A stretch of 64,000 nucleotides of DNA from the human T2T-CHM13v2.0 reference genome, Homo sapiens: NCBI RefSeq assembly GCF_009914755.1, contig NC_060930.1. One strand, given 5' to 3'. Below are positions 28,234 through 40,125 of the stretch, in pieces. Made by a program: the position numbers and the translations under genes. The notes under the pieces were generated by a model, which was given only the letters and a program-made list of their open reading frames with translations, had not been told where the DNA came from and did not search any database. How positions within the stretch are numbered: position 1 is the stretch's first letter; the number at the start of each line of letters is the position of its first letter.

Positions 28234-28965
28234 ATGGGACAATCACCATCTAAACACCAGGCTTATCTGTATTTTATTAAACTTCTTCTTAAACAGGGTG
28301 CAATCAAGGCTGATTCCAATAACCTTATTCTCTTATTTCAGACTATTGAAAAATATTGTCCTTGGTTCCCTGACAAAGGTTCTGTGGACCTGTTAGACTG
28401 GGATAGAGTTGGCACCACTCTCTGCCAACTCATGAGAGATGGTGTTTTACTTCCTATTTCTGTTTGGACTGACTGGGCTCTTATTCGTGTTGCTTTACTT
28501 CCTTTTCAGTCTGGTGATACTCTTCAACTGCCACAAGTTAACGCGGATGTTGAACCACTCCCTTTACCTCGGGTAGCTGACTCCCTACCAATCCTCCTTG
28601 TGATGATGAGGAGGAATTCGATCTCTCCTTGTTTTCTCCCCAGGAGAAGGAACCTGGTGATGATACCCTCCCTCCGCCTCCTATCTTGGAACCTGTATAT
28701 GTTAACTCTTCTTCTACTAAGCCATTGCCCCCTCTGCCAGAGGAGGATGTGTGGCATTCATCTGAATGGCCTGTTTCTTGTTCCTCTTGTCCTTTTGGAC
28801 CTCTCCCCTCTTCTAAGCCTACTGTTTCTTTCGACGCTCCGGGACCCCTTCTTTCAGAAGCTTGGAATCCTCCTTCCACCTCGTCTGTGTGCCGGCGCCC
28901 TCACTCTCCTTCTCTCTTTTCCTCTGCCTCTGCACAATGGATGTGTGAATCACCTGTTTAGGTAG
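28234..28965 (+). pseudogene. gag: truncated gag: intact matrix (MA/p10) domain (~first 95-115 codons), then frameshifted tail; CA and NC absent
   Basis: MGQSPSKHQAYLYFIKLLLKQG...IEKYCPWFPDKGSVDLLDWDRVG...VWTDWALIRVALLPFQ = betaretroviral MA with myristoylation Gly2. Confidence 0.88.
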
Positions 28966-31430
28966 AGCAGTGGCCACTTTTCAAACACAAGTTGGAGGCT
29001 TTAATTGAAATTGTTAATGATTTACTACAAGCAAACACTATTGAGCCCTCCTTGTCTCCATGGAACTCGCCTGTGTTTGTTGTACAAAAAAAGTCAGGAA
29101 AATGGAGAATGGTAACAGACTTAAGAGCTGTTAATGCAGTTATTAAACCTATGGGGGCGTTATAACCCAGTATGCCCTCCCCCTCCATGATTCCTAAGGA
29201 ATGGCCTTTAATTATCATTGACCTTAAAGACTGCTTTTTTCATATTCCTTTAGACAAGTCAGACTGTGAAAAATTTGCTTTCACTATAGCTTCCATTAAC
29301 AATTCAGCTTCTGCAGCTAGATATCAATGGAAAGTTTTATCTCAAGGAATGATTAACAGTCCTACTATTTGTCAGTTTGTCGGTACTGTGTTACAACCTA
29401 TCCGACAGACTTTTAAAAATAATTACATTCTTCATTATATGGATGATATACTGATAGCTGCTCCCACTAAAGATGAATTAATTCAATGTTTTACCTCTAT
29501 AGAATAAGCTGTCGCCAATGCAGGACTCAACATTGCTCCTGATAAAATTCAACAAGCCACTCCTTTTCTGTACTTAGGAATGCAGCTAGAAGCTCGCTCC
29601 ACTAAGCCCCAAAAAGTCCAACTTCATACGACAATTTAAATACCTTCAATGATTTTCAAAAATTACTAGTGACATCAATTATCTCAGACCAACCCTAGGC
29701 ATCCCTACTTATGCATTGTCTCATCTATTTGCTACTTTATCAGGAGATTCAGATTTAAACAGTCCTCACTCTCTAACTGAACCAGCAAAACAGGAGTTGT
29801 CTTTTGTAGAATGAGTGAGAGAGGCACAAATCTCTTGTATTGACCCAAATTTGCCTTTACAATTTTTAGTTTTTCCTTCCATCCACTCTCCTATGGAACT
29901 TATAGTACAAAATGATTCTCTAGTTGAATGGGTATTTCTTCCTAATTCAGCCTCTAAAACTCTTTCAATATATCTTGATCAAATGGCCACGTCATTTGAT
30001 TTAGTGATACGTCAACGTATCACTAAAATTTCCAGCTTTGATCCAGACATTTTTGTGGTCCCTTTGTCAAAAAATGAAGTTAAAAATGCCTTTTCTACAT
30101 CTTTATGCTGGCAGACTAATCTGGCTGACTTCATTGGCACTATTGATAATCATTTGCCTAAGTCAAAATTCTTTCAATTTCTATGAAATACTTCCTGGAC
30201 CCTAAAAAAACTTAACTCGTTCATCACCACTAGAGGCAGCCACTACCATTTTTACTGATGGATCCAGTAATGGGAAGGCAAGGTATGTAGGACCAAAAGA
30301 TAAAGTCATTTCTACTCCATACACTTCTGCTCAAAAAACCTAGTTGTTTGCTGTTATCTCTGCATTACAGGATTTTGATCAGCCTCTTAATATTGTCTCC
30401 GACTCAGCTTATGTAGTCCATGCCACTAAGGCAATAGAAACAGCTACCATCAAAAATATTACTGACACTAATATATTTTCCTTGTTCTCTTTGTTACAAA
30501 AAACTACCAGAAACTGAAACCACCCTTTTTTCATCACTCACATTCGTTCTCATACTAATTTACCTGGACCTTTATCCAGTGGTAATCATAAAGTTGATAC
30601 TCTAGTTTCTCTAGCCATTATAGATGCAGAACAATTTCATCAACTCACTCATACTAATGTCTCAGGTCTTAAACATAAATATTCTCTCAGTTGGAAACAA
30701 CCTAAACAAATTGTACAACACTGTTCTCAATGTCAGGTTCTTGTCTTACCCACACAATCTCCCGGAGTTAATCCCCGAGGCCTTTCTCCTAATGCTATTT
30801 GGCAAATGGATGTTACTCATGTTCCTTCTTTTGGAAAATTAGCTTACGTGCATGTCACTGTTGACACCTTTTCCAATTTCATCTGGGCTACCTGTCAAAC
30901 TAGAGAAGCCATTTCTCATGTTAAAAAACATATGTTTTCATGTTTTGCGGTTATGGAAATTCCTGGTGAGCTCAAAACAGACAATGGTCCAGCCTATTGC
31001 AGTAAAGCTTTTAAAAATTTTCCTGATCAGTGGCATATTAAACATGTTACTGGTATTCCTTATAACCCACAAGGCCAAGCTATTGTAGAAAAAAGTAACA
31101 GAACTTTAAAATTACAATTACTTAAACAAAAAGAGGGGGATAAGGAGTTGTCTACCCACCACATACAACTAAACTTGGCATTGCTCACATTAAATTTTCT
31201 TAATATTCCTAAATCTAGTTCTGTTACTGCTGCCAAAAAAACATTTCTCTGGTAACCGTCCCACAGTAAACCAAGGAAGGGAAGTATGGTAGAAAGATGT
31301 TCAATCTACTATATGTTCAAAAGTTTCTATTTTAATGTGGGGAAGAGGCTATGCTTGTGTTTCCCCAGGTGAACATCAATCTCCTGTTTGGATTCCTACT
31401 AGACACCTGAAATTGTGGCCTGAAGATGCA
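28921..31430 (+). pseudogene. pol: pol (RT, RNase H, integrase), disrupted by stops and frameshifts
   Basis: [49 protein letters not shown] (29436-29447), [13 protein letters not shown]...[40 protein letters not shown]. Confidence 0.95.
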
Positions 31431-31517
31431 TGCAAAAAGGAGACGGAGAAATTTGCTGAGAAAACGCCAGAGCAGGAAACACCTAACACATCCAACCATC
31501 AAAAAGAAAAAGTAACC

Positions 31518-33580
31518 ATGCTAACTCCTTTACAACAGACAACCCAGTCAGTCATCCTGAACAACTCGTCTCCAGAGATCCAGATCTGGCTCAACCTCTG
31601 TCTCCTCCTGATGACACTGATCCTTCTACCCTCTGTCACTCCACAGACTGTTAAAAACTATATATATTGGGCCTATATTCCTTTTCCTCCTCTTATTTGA
31701 GCTATGACATGGATGGACGCTCCTATCGAGGTCTATGTTAATGATAGTATTCGGATGCCTGGTTCTGTAGATGATCGTTTTTCTGCCCAACCTGCAGAAG
31801 AAGGAACCCCTTTCAATATCACTTTAGGTTTTAGGTATCCACCTTTGTGCCTGGGACCCACTAACGGATGTCTCTCATTAGATATTCAAACTTGGGCAGT
31901 CACACTACCATCTGGTCACTCTGTCCCTCCTTTGGGACACTTGGTATCAGGGCTCTCATTAAAACCTCTAAGGCAGATCAAAATAGGAATCGCTGATTAT
32001 ATTCATACATCCCAACATAAGCCTTTATGTTGGCTCAACTTGTCTTCAAATGCTGAAGAATTAATATGGAAGGATTGTGTTAGTTCAGAAGGAACTGTGT
32101 TATTTAATTCTTCTCACTACAGCATTGTTGATTGGGCCCCTAAAGGTCATATTACTAATGATTGCTCTCAAGGTCACAGAGATTGTCAACATTTTCTCTA
32201 TGATATTACTTATCAAAACAATAGTGACAACCCTCCCCTATTATATCGTAGATTTAACTCCTTTTTTCCTTTTAAGTAGAAAGGGGCAGGGGCTGCCCCT
32301 CCAAAGCCAAGGCTGGTTGTTCCCCACTTAGGACCTGAACATTCAGAATTATGGAGATTAACCTTAGCTATGACTGGTATGAGAGTTTGGGCTGGAGAAA
32401 GTGTTATAAGTAAATTCACTTTGTCACCTCAAAAACTAAGACAACAGATTAATTTATACTACTATTTCCACACAGCCAAAAATATCACTATGGCAATCAT
32501 CAAAAGGTCAATTCAAAGCTGGGACAGTAAAGATTATGAGGACTTATACCCCCCCCCCCATTGCTAATGTCCCCCCACCACCTCTCATACAACCTATTCC
32601 CTCCACCCCACAATCACAAAAAAGAGTACCATCCCAAAATATATATACTATCTATATGGAATCCAACAAGACTATACCACTTAAAAGTTGTGTTAAACCA
32701 CCATATATGTTATTAGTAGGAAAGATCTAGGTTAGTTCAAAAACCAACATAATTACGTGTTAATTGTTACTTGTATGCTTGTATTGACTCATCCTTTAAT
32801 CAATATCATAGTATTTTAATAGTCAGAGCCAGAGAAGGTATTTGGCTCCCTGTAGCCTTACATAGGCCTTGGGAATCTTCCCCTTCTCTCCATGTTATTA
32901 ATAATATTCTACAAAAAATTCTTAGAAAGAGTAAACGATTTATTTTTACATTAATTGCAGTAATAATGGGCTTGATTGCTGTTACTGTGACTGCTGCTAC
33001 TGCTGGAGTTGCATTACATCAATCTATTCAAACTGTTCATTTTGTGGATAAATGGCAAAAAAATTATACTCAGATGTGGAATTCTCAGTCAGGTATTGAT
33101 CAAAAATTGGTCAATCAAATTAATGATCTAAGACAAACTGTTATGTGAGTGGGAGATAGAATTATGAGTTTAGAACATAGATTACAAATGCAATGTGATT
33201 GGAATACTTCTGATTTTTGTATAACTCTGTTTCAATATAATGAGTCTGTTCACAATTGGGAATCAGTAAAATGCCATTTACAAGGAAGTGAAGATAATTT
33301 AAGTTTAGACATAAGCAAGCTAAAAGAACAGATTTTTGAGGCCTCTCAAGCACACTTAACTGCTTTACCTGGTGCTGAAGTTTTAGATGGTATCTCTGAG
33401 GGGTTATCTAATCTCAACCCCATTCAATGGGTAAAATCTTTGGAAGGATCTACTATCGTTAATTTTGTTCTGAGTACAATTTGTGCCATTGGTTTTTGTT
33501 CATGTGTAAAATTGGAAAAAATTTTCTTCAATCCAATCATGATCAGTGCCAAGCTATGATTGCTATGGTTCATTTAAATC
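31518..33580 (+). pseudogene. env: env (signal peptide, SU, TM), disrupted
   Basis: [30 protein letters not shown]...RYPPLCLG (HML SU start); furin site RKSKR (32924-32938) followed by fusion peptide [16 protein letters not shown]; QINDLRQTV; CDWNTSDFC; [11 protein letters not shown]. Confidence 0.93.
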
Positions 33581-33596
33581 AGAGAAAAGGGAGAGA
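33581..33596 (+). promoter_or_regulatory. polypurine tract
   Basis: AGAGAAAAGGGAGAGA immediately before the 3' LTR TG. Confidence 0.9.
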
Positions 33597-34470
33597 TGTA
33601 GGGAGACCCCCTGAAACTATTGCTACGGAATAAAACATGAAATGCTCCTGGTTATTGTAAATACAAAATTGCATACAGGATTGTGTGAAGACAACGCCAG
33701 GTTGGGCTGCCAGAATGAGCCAACAGTGCATGATGTGCTTCCCCCTGCAGAGAGCCTATGAACAGACATGCAGTCAGGGAGGTTTCACATCACCAAGATT
33801 CCTATCCCAGAAAAGCAGATGTTCATAGCTCTGGGAATGGAATGTGACCCTTGTGGAGAGCCTATAAATGGACGCATGAGGGGTGCCTGTTCATATGGAT
33901 AAGATAGGGCTATAAACGCTTTCATCTTGCCACGGCTCTTCTAGGCCTCTTTAGGGTTAAGGCATACTCCCTTCTGAGAATTTCTGGTCTAACCGGTTGT
34001 CTAGCTTCACATCCTGTTTCTATGGATTACTTGTAACCAGCTTTTGCTGCAACTGTTACTGATGATTAATATCTTGCTAATCATAGGTTATGGAAAGACT
34101 GTGTTTCTGTTTTAAGGCTCTGTTAGAAATTACTGATGCACACACTATATTGTAAATTCTTATCTCTGTATACTGTACTTATGCATACAGATGTTATGTT
34201 AAAGAATTACTTCATCCCCATGTGACCATCTCACCTCATAATCAAATGACCCTAAATCCCTCACTAACCTACCCCCGCCCTCACTAAACTTAATAATAAA
34301 TGCTGGTATATACAGTGCATTGGCGGCATCACGGGACCAGAAGGCGGTGACCCCCCTGGACCCAGCTTTCACTATCTTGTGGGTGTCTATTATTTCTTGA
34401 CCTGCCGATCCACCTGGGAACAAAGAAAGAGCCCCGTTGCATTGCGGGCTGCTGGCCAGATCCCGCAATA
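33597..34470 (+). repeat. 3' LTR (MER11D-like), 874 bp
   Basis: Direct repeat of the 5' LTR (~6% different by hand count); AATAAA at 34295-34300. Confidence 0.95.
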
Positions 34471-34491
34471 ATAAATAAATAATTCAGTATT

Positions 34492-35770
34492 ATTTAGTGA
34501 CTATAATGTTGTTTGGTTTAAAGTTGTGTAGTCTAATGTTAGTAGAGCAACACCATATGGCTGGTTTTTTCCTGATATATCCTTTTCCATTCTTTAATTT
34601 TCAGTCTTTGCATATTACATGTTTTAGATGTATCTTTCATAAAAAGCATGAAGCTAGATTTTTTCATAGTGTGACAGCCTGTGCTTTTTAACTGTAATTC
34701 TAATCACTATTTATTGACAATGATTATATATTTGCACATTTTTATCTAACCTTTTTATTTTAATTTTTACCCCACTTTCCATGTTTGTTTCTTCTATTTC
34801 CTTACCTATATAAAAATTAATATCTATATATTTCTTTAAGCAAAACAAAAACTTTAACATTTTCTAAATATCTCTAGTTTTGCCTTTTCCTCTTTTAAAT
34901 GTGCATGATTTTATATTAAGTAGGTATTTTCATCCTAGGCTATCATGAAAATATATATTTTTTTCTTTTGTGGAAAAATGCCATACATTTTTAAATAACA
35001 ATTTTACCAAGGTATCTTAAAACTCTTAATTTTTTTTATGAAAAAATATGCAGCATTGTCAGTATATTTTTTAGAAGTTCCTTCAAAAAGTTCTTTCGAT
35101 GAAGGCTTTTATGTAGTATAACTTCAGAGGTTTAAGTAGCTGAATATATGATTGCTCGAACATTGAAATATCAACATGGAAGATAAATGGTTCTAAATCC
35201 AAGTTATATGCCTTCAATATGTTAAAAATATGACTCCGTTGTCCTTTTGTATACAATGTTGCTATAATGAAGACTGCTGTTCATCTTCGAATATGTTTTG
35301 CTCCTTCAGGAGTCTTAAAATTTTCCTACTAAGTACTGCACTTTATTATAACATGTCTGGATGTCAACTTTTTCTTGTCTCTCCTGTTTAACACTCTGTG
35401 CCTTGTTCATCTGAGGCCATTTATTTTTCTTTAATTCTGTCATGTTCATCTACATTATGTTTTCAATATTTGCTACTCTTTATTTTAATAATTTCCTCAC
35501 TACAATTTATATTAGCTGTATCGTACTAGATCTACTTCTATAATCTATGTGTCTTAACATTTTCCTTCTTTAAAAAAAAATTTTAATTGTTCTACACTTC
35601 ATTCCAAGAGAGCTCCTTAGATTGTTATTTTAACTCCTTAATTTATCTTTCACCCTCACCCATTCTATTTATTATATGTATTGCATTATTTATTTTAACT
35701 ATTATAGTTTTATATCTAATATTTTTGTTAATTCTTAAAATTACTTTTTTATATTGAGAATATATTATTG
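34492..35770 (-). mobile_element. antisense old L1M fragment (continuation of 26690-26920)
   Basis: TTTAAAGTTGTGTAGTCTAATGTTAGTAGAGCAACACC...TATCCTTTTCCATTCTTTAATTTTCAGTCT...TTTTAGATGTATCTTTCATAAAAAGCAT = antisense ORF2 5' region. Confidence 0.6.
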
Positions 35771-36319
35771 ATATATCTTCCCCTGGAGAGATAAAGAGTG
35801 GATTGAACTACTAAGCATGACAGTAGTCTAAAGCAAAGTTTGGCTTATGGTAGCAATTGTAAAATAGATAACAGATATGTCTTTTAAGCTTTTCTCTTGT
35901 AGCACTCTGCTATTAGCTTGAAATCATGCCTGCATCCTCACTAGAGAAATTAAGGAGATTGATCCTATGTTGGTAAAGGTGACTATGAGAACAATACAAA
36001 GCCTGTGCAAAAATTCTACTTGGGTGAGGTACTGATTAAAACAACCATTGTAACTATCTGGGCAGTCATTCTTCGGCCCTTCCATCTGGAAACTCCTGGG
36101 GCTCTCAGGTAACGAACTAGAAGGACAACCTCCTTCGAGTGCTATTTCTTCCAGTGAAAAGCCCTCATCTAAGGAGATGCTTAGTGGAGAGATGAATGGC
36201 AAACATTACCCATTCTAATGTGGAACCCAGTGCCTTCTGCCTTAAGGGTTATCGCCTCCCTTTATCCTGGAACTCACTAGGGGTAAATAATATTGTTAAG
36301 AGCAGAATTTTTTAAAATT

Positions 36320-39300
36320 GAAATTACAGACAAGGTGATGATCAACAAAGTTGGTACTTTGAAAGAGTAATATATTAGACAAACATCTGATAAAATCTCA
36401 TGAAGTAAGAGAGAATAGAGGGAAGCCATGGATAAATTGTATTTTGAATGCCAAAAGGGACATAAGTACAGAAATAGAAAATAATTTTTAAATAAAACTA
36501 CTACTAATTTTATGCCAATATAGCTAAATACTTAATAGACACATTTCTAAAAATTAATGTTTATCAACTTACAGAAAAAATAATAGAAAGTCAAGTAGTT
36601 TTATAAATTTTTTATAAAGAAAACACCTGATAGTTTTATAGGCAAATTCCACCAAATTTCCACGAAAAGATCATTTTAATTCTATGACTACTTTTCAAAA
36701 AAAATAGACAAAATAAATATTTTCTTACTTATTTAATGAATCCAGGATAATCCTGATACAAAATTGAAAAAGCACATTATAAGAAAGAAAATGTTACATG
36801 AAACTGTGATGCAGAAAACTGTATCAACACTATTGAGATTAAAAACAAAAACAACACTATTGAGATTAAAAACAAAAAAAAATTGGAAGATTCAATGTTA
36901 TAAAAATGTCAATTCTCCCAAAACTGATCTATGAATTCAGTGCAATGCCAAACAAAACCCTATTAAATTTTCATTTTGGGTGCTGGGGTATAAATTGATA
37001 AGCTGATCCTAAAATTTGTATGTGAATGCAAACCAACTAAAAATATCCATGAAACTCAAGAAAAACGAAGTGAGTTAAAATTAATTCCTATGTTCCATAT
37101 CAAGCTTATAAAAGTATAACAATTAGGTCAGTGAGGTATTGATGCAAAAGAACGAACAAATATAGGAAAGAAATCAAATAAGGAGCCCAAGAACAAATCT
37201 CCAACATACCTGACACTTGATAATTGAAAAAAGTCACTTTAGAGTAAAATAACTCATATTAAGTAATAAGAACGTATGCAACCCACTTATAAATAAACAA
37301 AAGAAATGGCCAAGAGACTTTAACACACAATTTACAAATCGGGATAGCCAAACAGCCAGAAAGTATATTAAAGGGTTTCCAACCATAGTAGTAACCAGAG
37401 AATTAAATTAAATCAAATTAAAACCACAATGAACCATTGTGGGTTTGGGTAAGATGAAGCATACTCTAGCCTGTCTCCCTCCATGAACACAGGTATAAAA
37501 TCTTGTCAGAATGCATGAAGCAGCTGTTTGAAGGCACAGAAAATTAAATAGCAGCGGAAGAACTGGGGGAGAAGACCAGAATCAAAGTGTCACTGAATTG
37601 GCAGTATTCAATATTGTTTTCTTTCAATATACCCTGACCTGAACTCAAAGCTCCAGTGCCCCCAAAAATTAGCACTGGGATACAAATGGATAATATATCT
37701 AGTTTGAGGGGCTGGAAAAGGAACTGCTAATGTTCAGTAAGAGAGCAGCATTATGTGTTTTGTTTGTTGTTTGTTGTTTGTTTTTTTTTTGTTTTTTTCT
37801 CTTTCTCTCATCTCTTCATTGTCTGGCCCCACAGTTTCCAAGAAGTTCCATGGTCATGGTGGTGGTGGTGATGTTGGCAATGACTGGTAGAAAGAGCCCC
37901 ACAGGAACCAAAACTCTGAAAGTTTCTTTCTAGTTGGTGAAGTAGGGGTTTCCAGAAGGTGGGACCAACCCCATTGCTTTTTTTCTCTGTCCGTCCTCTC
38001 ATTGCTTGACCCAGATGTGAGCACAGTTGTGTAATTACAAAGCAGAAAGGCATAGTTAAACCCTCAACTTCTTGCCAGAAGGCCAAAAAATAAAATAAAG
38101 TACTTGATGACCTATAGTAAAAGTAGTAGCAATGGAGTAAAATGTATGACAACACTGCAAAAAGGATGTGAAGAATTGGGAATGTACTGTTGTATGTGAA
38201 GTGAAGCAGAATGTGATATTATGATATAAGAAAGTGTATTGGGTCTTTGTGCCAGTTCCTAACATAAGAACTTCTAAAACGCTTGGAAATGTGTAAGTGA
38301 CAGGGGTGACAGGAATACCTTTTGTTACTCTTAATAAGCTTCCTTCAACCATACTGGATTTTATGCTAATGAAGTGACTTTTGGTGGACCCATAGATAGC
38401 TTCATATGCAAACGGGCTGCTCAAGGACCAACCATGTCGTTAGAGGGTTGGAACTTTCAGCCCTATCCCCTGATCTCCCAGAAGTGGAGAGGATCTGGAG
38501 ATTGAGTAATCACCAAAAGCCAATGATTTAATCATTCGTGCCTACATAAAGAAATATCCGTTAAAAATGCCTAGCCAATAAAATTTGGATAGCTTCTAGT
38601 CTGGTGAACACACTGAGGTACTGAAAGAGTGATATGCCTAAAAAGGACATAAAAGCACCTCTTCCCATATACGCTGCCCTGTGCATCTCCTCCATTCGAC
38701 TGTTTCTGACTGATATCCTTTAAAATAAGAACTGTTAATAGTAAATTGTTAATACTAAAAGAACTGTTAATAGTAAATAAATAGTAAATAGTAAATAAAT
38801 GATAAGAACTGTTAATAGGAAATAAAATAGTAAATAAAGCACTCTCCTCAGTTCTGTGAGCCATTCTAGCCAATTACAGAACCTGAGGAAGGGGTTGTGC
38901 ACCCCTGACTTATAGTTGGTCAGAAATATGGGTTGCCCAGACTTGTGACTGACATCTGAAGTGGAGACAGTCTTGTGGGATTGAACCCTTAACAATGTGG
39001 GATTTGTGCTAACTCCAGGTAGTGTCTACATTGAATTGATTGATTGGCAGGACATTGAGTTGGGTCAAGGGAGTTGAAAAATTGATTGGTGTGAGGAAAA
39101 CCCTACACATTTTGTGTCAGAAGTATTGTGAGTACAAACAGTTTAGACAGTATATTATTCGAAGATAGATTGTGACTAATTAAAGACATAATTATATACA
39201 TATATGCACTCACACTAACGAGACAGTAGTGAAGATAAAACAATCATGAAACATAAATAATCCAAAATTAGAAGAAAGTAATTAGAACAAAGAGGAAAAG

Positions 39301-40125
39301 GAAAAAAATCTAGCAAGATGGCATGATTTCATCTAATGATATCCATAATTACATTAAATATAAAAGACTTAAACACTAATCGAAACGAAGTTTGGATCTA
39401 AAGACCAATCAAAAGAAAGATTGGATAAAAAGTGAGACTCACATACCTGCTGTTTACAAGAAACTCACATTAAAGAGAAAACAGATAGGTTAAAAGTATA
39501 GAACAAGATGCACCATGCAAACACTAATCAAAGGGGAGCAGGTGTATTTGTCTTAATAAAAGGCAAAGTAGACTTGAGAACAAAGGATATTGCCAGGGCA
39601 TTAAGATAGATATTACATACTCATAACAAGGCCAATTCATTTATAATATCCTAAATGTGCATCCATCTAATAGCAGAGCTTAAAAATGAAGCAAAACTGA
39701 TAAAATTTAAAGCAGAATAGATAATCTACAATTACAATTGTAGACTTTATCACTCTTATCTCAGTAATCGGTACAGCAAGTAGACGGAAAATCATTTAGC
39801 ATGCAGAAGACATGAATAAGACTATGCACCAACTTGACCTAGTTAATATTTATTGGATACTTCATCCAACAACATCAGAAAATACAATCTTAAACTGTAC
39901 ATCAATTACCAGGATAGCCCATATACTAGGCCTTTAAAAAGGCCTCACAGATTTTTAAATGACTTACATCATACAAAATATGTTCTCTTATCATAATGGA
40001 ACTAAACTAGAAATCAATAACAAAAAGATATATGAAAATTTTCCAAATATTGGGAAATTAAATAGCATACTTCTAATGAACTCAAGTCAAAGAATCAAAA
40101 AGGAAATTAGAAAATATTCTCTTTT
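36320..40125 (+). mobile_element. cluster of decayed sense L1M fragments, interrupted by an LTR
   Basis: ORF2-like motifs AAAGTTGGTACTTTGAAA, ATGTCAATTCTCCCAAAACTGATCTATGAATTCAGTGCAAT, TGCTGTTTACAAGAAACTCAC, AAACTAGAAATCAATAACAAAA. Confidence 0.65.
38212..39143 (+). mobile_element. MER21C-like (ERVL) solo LTR with internal AT-rich minisatellite (38723-38836)
   Basis: TGTGATATTATGATATAAGAAA start; TAGAGGGTTGGAACTTTCAGCCC; AGTTCTGTGAGCCATTCTAGC; GTGTCAGAAGTATTGTGAGT. Confidence 0.8.

Noticed and set aside
35924-36202. 92-aa minus-strand ORF in apparently unique sequence
   Set aside because: No recognisable domain; length within chance expectation
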